In this document: piece after piece, positions 1 to 25,897 of the stretch | Layout: every line of letters starts with the position of its first letter | Position numbering within the stretch: position 1 is the first letter of the stretch | Source of the DNA: the human T2T-CHM13v2.0 reference genome, Homo sapiens | NCBI RefSeq assembly: GCF_009914755.1 | Contig: NC_060928.1 | Length of the DNA stretch: 64,000 nucleotides | Direction: 5' to 3' (one strand) | The notes under the pieces: model-generated | What the model was told of the DNA's origin: nothing | What the model saw: only the letters and a program-made list of their open reading frames with translations | Databases searched by the model: none | Program-made: the position numbers and the translations under genes

Positions 1-699
1 ATGAGCAGTAACCATTCCTGCCAGCATGTATTATTTCATCTGAACCTCATAACCCCATGGAATATAGAACAGAGGCTTGGAGAGTGATGGGACCTGCCCC
101 AAGGCGTCACAGAAAATGAGTTGCAGAGCTGAGATGTGACCCTCGGCCTGGCAGGATTCAAACCACTATGCTGCATACTCTTCACAAAATTCTATGAAAT
201 TCCTCATACAGCAAAACAGCACACCAAGTGAAAAGAAAGCCAAGTTGTGCAAATACACAACAGAACTCCCCTGACACTTCACCTCCTCACCCACCCCACC
301 CCCACCTAAAGAATCAACCCACGCAAATAAATGGAACGAAATTCTCAGGCAATTTCAGCATGGGAAATGGGGTTATCTCATCTGGGTCTCACATCCGACC
401 TCGTCAAGACAAGACCTTCCCTAAACTTCACCTGAACACCTGGGCACACCGTCACGTCTTGCCACTTGTTACTGGAAATCCAATGATGACGTCCTTATAC
501 AATTTACAGGTCTTTCTATAAGTGCCAAGATAAATGTCATCCCCATACCTGCATGTCATTCAGAGGTAGGCAAGCCTCTATGTACAGTTCTAGATAGTAA
601 ATATTATCAGCTTTGCAGGACACATCTGATCTCCATCCTGTATTTTTTTTTTTTTTACAATTTTTTTTCTTTCTAGATAGCGTCTAAAAAGAAAATAAA

Positions 700-1030
700 A
701 CTTATCCATGCTGTGATATGGATGAACGTTAAAAACATGCTCAGTGAAAGAAGCAGACATGAAAGGTCATGTATTGTACAATTCCATTTATATGCAATGT
801 TCAGACTAAGCAAATCGACAGAGATAGAAAGTAGATGACAGGTTTCCAGGGGCTGCAGGAGGGGTATGGAGAGTGATTGCTGATTGGATATGAGGCTTCC
901 AATTGAGGTGTTGAAAAAGCTCTGAAACTAGATAGTGGTGATAATTGCACAACAAGATAAATGTACAAAATGTCACTGAATTGTACACTTTCAGATGCAC
1001 AAAATGGTAAATGCTGCATATATTATACCA
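700..1030 (+). mobile_element. Old L1M (L1MB/ME-like) 3' fragment
   Basis: Typical L1M 3'-end phrases (tggatgaacgttaaaaacatgctcagtgaaagaagc, gtggtgataattgcacaac, gaattgtacactttc). Subfamily not resolved. Confidence 0.6.
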
Positions 1031-1042
1031 CAATTTTATTCA

Positions 1043-1342
1043 TTTATTTTAGAGATAGAGTCTCACTCCATCACCCAGGCTGCAGTGCAATGGCACAATC
1101 ATAGCTCACTGCTGCCTTTACCGCCTGGGCTCAAGCAATCCTCCCACCTAGTCTTCCAAGTAGCTGGGACTACAGGTGAACGCTACCACACCCAGCTTTT
1201 TAAATTTTTTTTATAGAGTTGCATTAGAGTTGCATTCTCATTATATTGCCCAGACTGGCCCAAACTGCTGGCTTCAAGTGATTCTCTCATCTCAGCCTCC
1301 TAAAGTGCTGGGATAACATGTGTAAGACATCACGCCAGGCAA
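1043..1342 (-). mobile_element. Alu (AluJ-like)
   Basis: Antisense Alu dimer with J-type gggctcaagcaatcctccc. Confidence 0.85.
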
Positions 1343-1505
1343 TTTTTAATTCTTATGTGAAATTTTCAACTAATAAATTCCTAGGGTTAAAAAAATGTTG
1401 ATCAACATGGGGATTAGAGGAAAAAATAATTTTAAACAAGAGAAAAATTAAATGAGATGATGTATATGTGTACAGTGCCTGGCCTCATTACTGAGTCCAC
1501 TGCAG

Positions 1506-1808
1506 CTTTTTTTTTTTCCCAGACAGGGTCTCACTCTGTCACCCAGGCTGAGTACAGTGGTATAACCACGGCTTACTGCAGCCTCAACGTCCTGGGCACA
1601 AGTGATCCTCCCACCTCAGCCTCTCAAGTATCTGGGACTACAGGTGCACAAAACCACACCTAGCTATTTTTGTTGTTGTATTTTTTGGTAGTGACAGGTT
1701 CTCACCATGTTGCCCAGGCTGGCATCTTGAACTCCTGGGCTCAAGCGATCCTCCTACCTCAGCTTCCCAAAGTGCTGGGATTACAGGTGTGAGCCACCAT
1801 GCCCATCC
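1506..1808 (-). mobile_element. Alu (AluJ-like)
   Basis: Poly-T followed by an antisense Alu dimer. Confidence 0.85.
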
Positions 1809-1860
1809 TGTTGTAGCTATTTTAATAGTGCTGGTGAACAGTAATTTGCTCTCCCTATAA

Positions 1861-2259
<399 letters not shown>

Positions 2260-2546
2260 TGATTTATTATTGTGGTAAAATACGTACAAAATATATTATT
2301 TTAGCCATTTTCAAAGAAAAATTCAGTGGTGTTAAGTGCATCCACCACATTGTACAGCCATGTCCCCCATCCATCTCCAGAATGCTTTCATCCTGTCCTG
2401 CAAATATGCGGCACCTTGCTACACTCTGGGTTGTTTGTCCCACAACAGAGCTGGGCTGAATTATTAATGTGGATTTTGTTCAACAATGGACTGAAAAGGG
2501 AGAAGCCCATGAACTCTGTGAGGAGTGCATGACAGGTGCTCGTGAG

Positions 2547-2795
2547 ATGACAAAGCTCAGGGCCCTCCAGCTGCTGCTGCTGCCGCCGCCTGTTCTGCTG
2601 GGCGGCCACCCCGTCCCAGGGAGGAAGAGCACTCACAGCTGCTGCTGATCTCCTTGGAGGGCTTCTGCTGGGACAAGGATCAGGATGTGGACACCCCCAA
2701 ACTGGACCATCTGGCCCGAGGAGGCGTCAAGGCCAAGTACCTCATGCCACCCTTTGTCACGATGACCTCCCCATCCCACTTCACCGTCATCCCGG
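2547..2795 (+). pseudogene. ENPP7-like unprocessed pseudogene (ENPP7P family), exon 1: signal peptide plus first catalytic segment
   Basis: ATG at 2547 reads MTKLRALQLLLLPPPVLLGG (signal-like). After a frameshift the frame reads LLLISLEGFCWDKDQDVDTPKLDHLARGGVKAKYLMPPFVTMTSPSHFTVIPG, matching ENPP7 LLLVSFDGFRWNYDQDVDTPNLD...FVTMTSPCHFTLVTG including the catalytic Thr. Phase-1 donor G|GTAAG at 2795/2796. Confidence 0.93.
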
Positions 2796-2906
2796 GTAAG
2801 CACCACTCTGCCCATTTCACCCGATGCCCATCAAAACCCCAGCGCTCGTCATTCCCCAGAATAAGAAGCAGAGCTCGGTCAGCTCTAGGGAGGCTGAGGC
2901 GGCTCT

Positions 2907-3520
2907 GGGGTCTCACTCTGTTGCCCAGGCTGTAGCTCAATGGCATAGTCACAGCTCAGTGGAGCCTCAAACTCCTGGTCTCAAGCAGTCCTGCCTACCT
3001 CAGGCTTCCCAGTAGCTGGGGATACAGAGAAGCCACGTGCCTAATTTTCTCATTTTTTTAGAGATTGGGGCAGGGGGTGTCTCACTATGTTGCCTAGGCT
3101 GGTTTTAAACTCCTGGCCTCAAGTGATCATCCCGTCTCAGCCTCCCAAATTGCTGACATTACAGACATGAGCTACCGTGCCTGGCCTGATCTTTTTTAAA
3201 AAAGTAAATAAGGCTGGGCAAGGTGGCTCACCCCTGTAATCCCAGCACTTTGGGAGCCTGAGGCAGATGGATCACCTGAGGTCAGGAGTTCAAGACCAGC
3301 CTGGCCAACATGGTGAAACGTCCTCTCTCCTAAAAACACAAAAATAAGTTGGGCATAGTGGCAGATGTCTATAACCCCAGCTACTCGGGAGTCTGATACA
3401 GGATAATCACTTGAACCCAGGAGGTGGAAGTTGAAGTGAGCTGAGATCATGCCATTGCACTCCAGTTTGGGCAACAGAGCAAGATTTTGTCTCAAAAAAT
3501 AAAAGTAATAAAAATAAAAA
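2907..3520. mobile_element. Head-to-head Alu pair (- strand 2907-3187; + strand 3212-3520)
   Basis: Two Alu dimers in opposite orientation about 25 bp apart. Confidence 0.85.
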
Positions 3521-5235
3521 GGTAAATAACTAAAATCACTTTTACAGAATTGAATAAAAATACTAAAACATTGACATTTACAGAGCTCTGTTAGATGAGG
3601 TGACTCATACACTCCAATGGTGTCCTGGTTCTCTTACATGAGAATTCAAATGTCTTTCTGTGGCCCAAAAGATCCCATGCAGCCTAGCCCCTGGCCCATC
3701 TGCCAGCCTCCCTCATTTCTCTCCCTCTACTTCACTTCACTCCAGATCACAAAGGCCTTTTGCCTGTGCCTTCTTCCCTGCTCCCTCAAGCCCCAGGGCC
3801 TTGACCTGTGCTAGTCCAGTCCCTCCATCTCACCAGGAGCATGCAGTCCAGTTGGGGAGACAAATACCAGGCACCCTAACAGGCACATACATCCCATGAC
3901 AACTCGGGAGGCACCAAGGAGGAAAAGGAGTTTTCCAGGCACAGACTTCAGGGGTAAATTCACTTCAAACTAGAGAGGGACAAAAGGGGCTCTCTGAGCA
4001 TGGGGCAGTTGAGCTGAAAGAGATCTCAGGGGACCAGAGCAAGGTAAAGTGTTCCAGGCAGAGGGAACAGCATGTGTGAGGTCTCTGAGACAAAGATGTG
4101 GACATTTCAGAATCCCAGTGGCCACTAAAATAGAGGGATTCCAACCTAAAAAGGAGGGAGAGGAGGCTGCTGGAAAGCAGAGGACTCTGTGTAAGAATCA
4201 TAATAGCGGGGGTGGAGCCAAGAAGGCCAAATTGGAAGAGCTCCAGTCTACAGCTCCCAGCATGAGCGACGCAGAAGACAGGTGATTTCTGCATCTCCAA
4301 CTGAGGTACTGGGTTCATCTTACTGGGGAGTGTCAGGAAGTGGGTGCAGGAGAGGGGGTGCAGTGCACCGAGCATGAGCCCAAGCAGGGCAAGGCATTAC
4401 CTCACCCGGGAAGTGCAAGGGGTCAGAGAATTCCCTTTCCTAGTCAAAGAAACAGGTGACAGACGGCACCCAGAAAATCGGGTCACTCCCACCCTAATGC
4501 TGCACTTTTCCAATGGACTTTGCAAACAGCACACCAGGAGATTATATCCCGTGCCTGGCTCAGAGGGTCCTAAACCCATGGAGCCTCACTCATTGCTAGC
4601 ACAGCAGTCTGAGATCAAACTGCAAGGCAGGAGCAAGGCTGGGGGAGGGGTACCCGCCATTGCCTAGGCTTCAGTAGGTAAACAAAGCAGCTGGGAAGCT
4701 CGAACTGGGTGGAGCCCACTGCAGCTCAAGGAGGCCTGCCTGCCTCTGTAGACTCCACCTCTGGGGGCAGGGCATTGCCAAACAAAAGGCAGCAGAATCC
4801 TCTGCAGACTTAAATATCCCTGTCTGACAGCTTTGAAGAGAGTCGTGGTTCTCCCAGCATGCAGCTGGAGATCTGAGAATGGACAGACTGCCTCCTTAAG
4901 TGGGTCCCTGACCCCCAAGTATCCTAACTTGGAGGCACCCCCTAGTAGGGGCAGACTGACACCTCACATGGCTGGGTACTCCTCTGAGACAAAACTTCCA
5001 TAGGAACGATCAGACAGCAACATTTGCTGCTCACCAATATCCACTGTTCTGCAGCCTCCACTGCTGATACACAGGCAAACAGGGTCTGGAGTGGACCTCC
5101 AGCAAACTCCAGCAGACTTTCAGCTGAGGGTCCTGAGTGTTAGAAGGAAAACTAACAAACAGAAAGGACATCCACACTAAAACCCCATCTGTACATCGCC
5201 ATCAAAAAAGACCAAAGGTAGATAAAACCACAAAG

Positions 5236-6559
<1,324 letters not shown>

Positions 6560-6622
6560 AGACCATTGAGGCTAGGAAGAAACTGCATCAACTAGCGAGC
6601 AAAATAACCAGCTAACATCATA

Positions 6623-10455
<3,833 letters not shown>

Positions 10456-10799
10456 ACAATGAGAACACATGGACACAGGAAGGGGAACATCACACACGGG
10501 GGCCTCTTGTGGGGTGGGGGGAGGGGGAGGGATAGCATTAGGAGATATACCTAATGCTAAATGACGAGTTACTGGGTGCAGCACAACAACATGGCACATG
10601 TATACATATGTAACTAATATACATGTTGTACACACGTACCCTAAAACTTAAAGTGTAATAAAAAAAATCATAATAGCTTCCATTCCTCAAACACAGGCTT
10701 GGTGCTGGCACTGTGTGAAGTCCTTCACTTTCGTGATCTCTGATACAAGGAGATAGCAGAGTCAGTGTCCCATTCTACAGATCGGAAAACTAAGGTTCA

Positions 10800-13322
<2,523 letters not shown>

Positions 13323-13344
13323 CCCCCACCTCCAAACCAAGAAA

Positions 13345-13565
13345 TAGGTTTGTTGACCTCAGCACTATTGACATTTGGGGCAGGATCATTCTCTGTTGCA
13401 TGGGGCTGTTCTGGGCACTGTGGGATGTTACTAGCTTTCCTGCGCTCTACTGACCAGATGGATGCCATTGGCACCCCTGTTCCCATCGTGACAACCAAAA
13501 GTATCTCCAGACACTGCCAAGTACCTGCTGGGGGTGCAAATTCACCCTCAACTAAGAACCAGTGC
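13345..13565 (+). mobile_element. MER20 (hAT-Charlie non-autonomous element)
   Basis: ctcagcactattgacatttgggg...gtgacaaccaaaagtatctccagacactgccaag...ctaagaaccagtg matches the MER20 pattern. Confidence 0.8.
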
Positions 13566-14930
13566 CTGGAGATAACTATATACCATGTTGAACCCAGTAC
13601 CTGGCTTCAGAAAATGTCCAGCAGATTCCACAATCATCAGCTCCTTTTCAATTCTCTAAACAGTGATAGCAAGTCAGGCAGGTTCCTTCCTTAAAGGTGA
13701 GAAATCAGAGGCTGAGGTCACACAGGTGGGGAGAGGCAGGGCAGGATTCCATCTCAGCCCTGGATGGTTCAAGGAACTGGGTGGCCCATCCCTGCCTCTG
13801 CCACCCCCCACCGCCCTCCTCCAGCCTCAGCCCTCATGTGTCTTTAGTTCTAATTAAGTCCTCATTACAAACCCCTATGAATTTCACCCACCCCCAAGCT
13901 TCCAGGCAACAGATATATATCCCGAATATGTTGCTTTAATGAAACAGAGGGCACCCGGGACCCGGCAAAATCACTGGCATTTGTCTTCATGTGGCTGGGC
14001 TCAAGCCGACCTCTGGGTGACTCCAATGCAGAAAGGAATTATCCGTAATAGAAAAAATAATGGATAAAAATTGGTACTGCCAGCACCCAAAGACTTCATC
14101 AGATTCCAGGGGGTAGGCTGCACATAAACTATGATAAAGGGGGCTCCCTCAGCCCAGCCAGTTATTAACTGCAGTTTAAAACAAGGGGGATTGCTGGTGA
14201 GGTGGGGTGATCCCTGTTTCACATCTGAGCTGCAAGACCATGCACAGGTCCAGTTAGGTTTCAGGTCCAAGAAGCCACGTAGACAGCCCTCCAAGCTACC
14301 TAGACAGAGTCCTGGGGGTACCAGGAGCTTGGTGGTCCCGAGCAGGAAACAAAGCCAGCAGAGTCCAATCCCCCTGGCACAAGATCCCTTCTGGGAGAGA
14401 CTCCCTAAGAGAGCTGACTTGACTACCCAGATTCTCCCTGGGGCACATGGTATCTCTGCAAATCCAAGCCGATGGTACCCGCCATGTGTCTGTGGAGGTG
14501 CACAGTGCAGACATCTCAGACCTCACCTGGGAGGCAGGGTCACATGACCCTCATTAGCTTTCCCTGCTGCTGATGAAGGAAAGTCTTACTGGAGAGTTCT
14601 TTGAGAAGGCTGATGCTGTATTCCTTCTTTCACTTGGGGAATACTTTGAGCATCTACTTTAGTCCAGGCAGTGGGAATGGTGGCAAACGATAGAACTCAT
14701 GTATCTTGGGAATGGTGCCATCTTCCCAGGGCTTGTCCCATGACATGGGGCTCAGGTCCCCTCCACTCTGTGATCCCATAGACCTTTCTGTGAGAATGGC
14801 TTCCTTTTCGCTGTAGAGTTCAGCTCAGGGAGAAGGATTTAAAAGTCCCTTTTGGGAGGATGCTTTCACTGCTTCATGTCCTTTCTCTGACAGCTCAGGG
14901 AATCAGAAGACAAGGGAGATGGCATTTGTT

Positions 14931-15241
14931 GTTTTGTTGTTGTTGTTGTTGTTTTGGAGACAGGGTCTTGCTCTATTGCACAGGCAGGAGTGCTGTGGTG
15001 CAATCCCAGCTCACCACAGCCTTAAACTTCTGGGCTCAAGCAATCCTCCTGCCTCAGCCTCCTGAATAGCTGAGACTACAACTATGCACCACCACGCCCA
15101 ACTAGTTTTTTATATATATATATATAAATGGGATCACGCTGTGTTGCTCACGCTTTCTCAAACCCCCTGGGCTCAAGTGATCCTTCTGCCTTGGCTTCCC
15201 AAAGTGTTAGGATTACAAGTGTGAGCCCCCACACCCAGCCA
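14931..15241 (-). mobile_element. Alu (AluJ-like) with (TTG)n tail and internal (TA)n
   Basis: Antisense Alu dimer. Confidence 0.85.
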
Positions 15242-15459
15242 AGACTGTGTTCTTACTCACCTTGTATCCTCCAAGACTTTCCCGATGCCCCAACTCCTCT
15301 GTGGCTCCTGGAAGGGGCTAAGCTTGTGAAGCTCCAGGCCAGAGGGAGTCTCTGTTTTTCTCCAGCACATTCTTTCCTAGAAGCAAGGAGGCCGAAGGTG
15401 CCAGCTGTTTGAGTGAGGGAAAGGCTCAGGGAGAGAAGATTTTTAAAAACATTGGCTGT

Positions 15460-17760
<2,301 letters not shown>

Positions 17761-18062
17761 AAAAACATTGGCTATTGACTCCAAATATCCTGCTTCATCA
17801 TCTCTCCACTCCAGAAACTTTTCACATGCTTACAAAAGGTGTTCGTTTCTCCTCTAAGTATTTGGCCCCCAGCCCCACCTGCAAGAAGGTGGAAGTAGGG
17901 CCTCTGCCTGGGATGGTAACTCTCAAATACAAGGCAAGACCTGTCTCTCCTCCAATAACCCCAGGACTGAAGGGCTGTGAAAGTCTGCATATTGATCAAG
18001 CTTCTCCCTCCCTTTTCTGAAGGGACTTACTTCCTTCAAGACACTTTTCCTCTTCCCATCTA

Positions 18063-18494
<432 letters not shown>

Positions 18495-18519
18495 TTATGA
18501 TTTTTCAAAAATGGAATGA

Positions 18520-19375
<856 letters not shown>

Positions 19376-19664
19376 AAATAGATCCTCGGTGGAGCTCACA
19401 TTCCTGGGCAAGCACCAGCCTTTGTTTAAAGGCAACAGAGAATGCTGCCCTGTCTCAGATCTCCAGCAAGCCCCCAGAATGATGGTCCAGTCTCTGAGCC
19501 CTGGGCCAAGGCAGCAGGAGCTTTCGGCGCACATGGGAACTGGCTTCCCCCACTTTGAAGTGAGTCATCACATCCGTATTAGACCCTAGCTGTTGCTTAG
19601 GCAAAAATGATGATTTAGAAGAAGATGGAGAGAAAAGGAGGATTAATTTAAAAACACTTATATT

Positions 19665-20762
<1,098 letters not shown>

Positions 20763-20774
20763 AGAATACTATGT

Positions 20775-21180
20775 GGGCCACACATGGTGCTTCACATCTG
20801 TTATCCCAGCACTTTGGGAGGTTGAAGCAGGAGGATCATTGCTCAGGGCCTAGGGGGACACCAGGTGCATAAGACCACGGTGTTGACTGGTGTTGGGGGC
20901 TCACACCTGTAAGTTTGGCAAGCTAAGGCAGGGCGATCACTTGAGCCCAGGAGTATGTAGCCAGCCTGGGTGACATAGTGAGATCTCATTAAAAAAAAAA
21001 AAAATTAATTAGCTAGGCATGGTGCTACTCGCCTACAGTCCCAGCTACTCAGGAGGCTGAAGCAGGAGGGTCGCTTGAGTCCAGAAGATCAAGGCTGTGG
21101 CGAGCTGTGATTGCACCACTGCACTCCAGCCTGGGCAATAGAGCAAGCCCTGTCTCAAAAAAAAAAAAAAAAAAAAAAAT
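20775..21180 (+). mobile_element. Composite Alu (left-arm fragment plus AluJ-like dimer)
   Basis: Alu motifs with a poly(A) tail. Confidence 0.7.
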
Positions 21181-22721
21181 CATCTCCCTTGTCTTCTGAT
21201 TCCAGGAGCTGTCATAGAAAGGAAGTGAAGCAGTAAAATCATCCCCCCGAAAGGGACATTTCAAAACCAGCCTAAGAAACATAGTAAGACCTTGCCTCTA
21301 GGAAGTATTTAAATTTGAAGGAAAAAAAAAAAAGCAGTACTATGGCACAGAGTTGACAGCTACAGGTGTGGCTACATCCAGGTCCTCAAACTATATCATC
21401 AGAATGACCCCTCACCCTCCCCCCGCTTTCCATTTTACTTTCTTAAGCATGAACATGAAATTTCCAAGATTGTCTTTCCTTTGGCTAATCTGCTTCTCAG
21501 ACCCAATCACTGTGGCCAGGGTGGTGGAAGGATATTGACATCCAGGCTGGGACCACATGCCCCAGCCCCAGATCAGGGTGGGGAGTGGCTAGTCACACAC
21601 ATGCCGTGGGGTACTAGTGACTCCTCGGTGGAAAATCGGGAACTGTCATTGGAGAGGAGCGATGGAAGAAAGACTGACACACTGCAATGTATCTCCGGCA
21701 CCAGCCTGGGCCTCGATGTCTTGAGAATGGCGGTTTGCAATCTGATGAGCCAGTACTCAGTCCAGGGCAATCCCTACTCTATCTGTGGGGCTGCCCACAG
21801 TACATGGACCCCCTCACTGGATTTGCTGACCACACGTGCAAACAGCCACCTCCCAGCCCCACTTCCCGCAGTCCCACTGAACCCTGTCGAAATTCCCCTC
21901 AGTTCTCACCAAGAATAAAAGCAATTCTGAGGGTGAGCGGCTCATTCTGCTAGTTTAAATCTCTCGATTCCTTCCCTCTGCAGAACTCTGTACTTACTGC
22001 TCCATCACTGGTAATGACAATGAACATTTTCACAAGCTCAGTTTTTATTGCAAAGTGATTGAGGACCAGTTAGAATAAGTTATGCTACAGAAACTAAAGA
22101 AATCCCGTCAAGCAAATGGTGTGTAACAGAAAGTCTTAGGGCAGCCGTGTATATTTTCTCCCCCAATGAATCAGTTGAAAATGAGAGGATCTTACAGCCA
22201 TGTTCCGGGAAGAAGCTATCAAAAGTGAAAGCCATGATGTTATAATTTGGCCATTTTACATCCGTCAAATGGACATGGCCCAGGGGTGAAAAGTGGATGC
22301 TCCGTAACTAGATGATGATCAAGAGTTATAAAAATGAGGTCCTCTCTGTTCAACATTTCTCCTTTCTTGAAAGGATACTCAATGTCATGCTCAGGGCCTC
22401 TAATGTCCAAAAATAAAGTTCCTCCCAGTTTCAGAGCACCCCAGGGTAACCCCAAAACCAGAGCAACTGCTTATAGCCATGTAGACTATGTACTGTGCAA
22501 TTCCTGGGGTGGCATTTTCATAAATATGTGGGTGGCGCCCCCTGGAGTTGTGCAATGCACAACTTGCACAAATGGTAAGTCATCGTATCCCAAAGTCCAC
22601 CAAGAAGAGGTAAACAAAATTCCCATCGATGTTGCCATCAGTCATGAGTCTGCCTTTTCTTCATGGGACAGTAGCAAAAACAATTTGGCCAAATGTGCTT
22701 AGATGATCTCTAAGATGGAAT

Positions 22722-22942
22722 CAGGGTCTCTCACTTTCAGCACTATTGACATTTGGGGCTGGATCATTACTCTGTCTTAGTGGGAGTTGTCGGGGCATTG
22801 TAGGACACTTAGCAACATCCCTGGCCTCTACCCATTAGCTGCCAGTAGCACCACCTCCTCCAGCCGCAACCACCAAAACTGTCTCCAGACATGGCCACAT
22901 GTTCTCTGGGGGGCAAAATCACCCCCTGGCTGAGAAGCCCTG
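22722..22942 (+). mobile_element. MER20
   Basis: cagggtctctcac...gcactattgacatttggggctggatc...gagaagccctg with short terminal inverted ends. Confidence 0.8.
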
Positions 22943-23333
22943 AAGTAAAGACACAATATGTAGATCACATGTAAGTAAGAGAGCCTAAGGGTCACACAGG
23001 TGATGCTGTACCCATGACAAAGACAGAGTCTTAAAGAGGTTAGAGAGGTGGAGAAAGAGAAAGGAAATGAAGTCCCAGCTGTCAAGAGCAACAGATGCTG
23101 ACTAGATGTTGTTGATAGTCATCTTTAAACTGAGTTAAAAGATGCTGAGAAGCCGTCAGCTCCCATCCTGCCCTACAGGGACAACGCTGCTGAAAAAGGC
23201 CTGGAGATCAACAAAGTGCCAAACACAGGTGCACTGAGCAAAGAAACCAGAGATTGAGACAAAAAAAGACATTCCCTAGAAGACTAGTCATTTCCAAGAG
23301 GGGAGAAAAAGTGAAGTCACGAAAAACAGTTGA

Positions 23334-24245
<912 letters not shown>

Positions 24246-24595
24246 CTAACTTTTCATTATGGAAATTTTCCATACGCACAAAAGGCAGGGAGAGAATTGC
24301 ACCATGAACCCCCAAGCACCCATCATCCCACTGCGAGAATTTGTCAACAGGTCGCCATTCTCATTCCAGTTCCCGCTTTTCTTTTCCTTCTTGCTATTTT
24401 ACAACATTTTAAAGCAAATTCCACATATTTCATTTCACCCACATCCATAACACACCAGGGTGCATTCTTGATGTAAGGATTTTGTTTTGTTTTATAACCC
24501 CCATGCCATTGCCACAGTTAATAGATTTAACATGAAGAAACTAAGATTCTTGCAGGTGGAGAAAAGATCTAATTACCACCTTAAAGCCTCTCCTA

Positions 24596-24750
24596 CCAGC
24601 ACTTCTCAGATCTGAAGGTGTACACAAATTACCTGGGTATCTTGTTAAAATGCAGATTCTGGCCCAGCAGGTCCTCCCGGGTGAGCCCTGAGAGTCTTCA
24701 ATTCCAAAAGCTCACGGGTGATGCAATGCTGCGGGTCCATGAATCACACA
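24596..24750. mobile_element. MER5A-like hAT relic
   Basis: aattacctgggtatcttgttaaaatgcagattctggccc motif. Confidence 0.65.
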
Positions 24751-25525
24751 AGAGGAAGGGTCGGCCAAACACCCAAAACAACTGGGTGCAAAGTCCTGAC
24801 TGTTCCCGACTGCAGGGCCTTCAGTGAACGGGGAAGCTGGGGACCATTTGGGAAAGAAGGGAGGTTTTTCGTATCAGCTCCAGGCCCTGTAGAACTGCCA
24901 GGGAATAACAGACACAAGGTCAGCAAAGTCCAACCAACAACATGAGTGCATTCATATTCCACAACCACTGCAGCAAAGAACCATGAAATTGGTGGCTTCA
25001 AACAATGTCTGGGCCTGGTGCTGTGGCTCACACCTAAATAATCTCAGCACTTGGGGAGGCTGAGGTGGGTGGATCACTTGAGGCCAGGAATTCGAGACCA
25101 GCCTGGCCAATATGGCAAAACCTCATCTCTACTAAAAATACAAAAATTAGCCATGCATGGTGGCATGCACCTGTAGCCCAGCTACTTGGGAGGCAGAGGC
25201 TAGAGAATGGCTTGAGCCCGGGAGGTGGAGGTTGCAGTGAACAGAGATCGTGCAACTGCACTACAGACTGGGCAACAGATCAAGGCTCTGTCTAAAAAAA
25301 AAAGAAAAAAAAATGTCTGGAGGCCAGAAGTCCAAAATCAATCAAATGTCAGCAGGACCATGCTCCTTCAGAGGTTCTAGGGGAGAATCCATTCCTTGCC
25401 TCTTCCAGCTTATAGAGGCTATTAGAATTCCTCAACTTGTGGCTGCATGATCCAATCTCTGCCTCTGTGATCACCTTGCCTCCTCCTCTTCTCTTCTGTC
25501 TGGGTCTCCTCCTCTGGAGGAAGAG

Positions 25526-25877
25526 TGCCAGGCCTCTGAGCCCAAGCTAAGCCATCATATCCCCTGTGACCTGCATGTACACATCCAGATGGCCAGTTCC
25601 TGCCTTAACTGATGACATTATCTTGTGAAATTCCTTCTCCTTGCTCATCCTGGCTCAAAAGCTCCCCTTCTGAGCACCTTGTGACCCCCCACTCCTGCCT
25701 GCCAGAGAACAACCTCCCCTTTTCCTTTACCTACCCAAATCCTATAAAATGGCCCCACCCCTATCTCCCTTTGCTCACTCTTTTCGGACTCAGCCCGCAT
25801 GCACCCAGGTGAAATAAACAGCTTTATTGCTCAAACAAACCCTGTTTGGTGGTCTCTTCACACACACCCATGTGAAA
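25526..25877 (+). repeat. HERV-H 5' LTR (LTR7 family)
   Basis: TGCCAGGCCTCTGAGCCCAAG...CATGTGAAA, with TATA-like cctataaaa and AATAAA. Confidence 0.95.
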
Positions 25878-25879
25878 TT

Positions 25880-25897
25880 TGGTGCTGTGACTCGGAT
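25880..25897 (+). promoter_or_regulatory. tRNA-His primer binding site
   Basis: TGGTGCTGTGACTCGGAT, one mismatch to the canonical HERV-H PBS. Confidence 0.92.

Noticed and set aside
2654-2935. 93-aa ORF as a functional short ENPP protein
   Set aside because: It has a non-ATG start, is out of frame with the signal peptide, and reads through the donor into intron and Alu sequence.
22080-22702. Protein-like ORFs on both strands (e.g. DIRGPEHDIEYPFKKG)
   Set aside because: No recognisable family, no convincing splice signals, and overlapping short frames.
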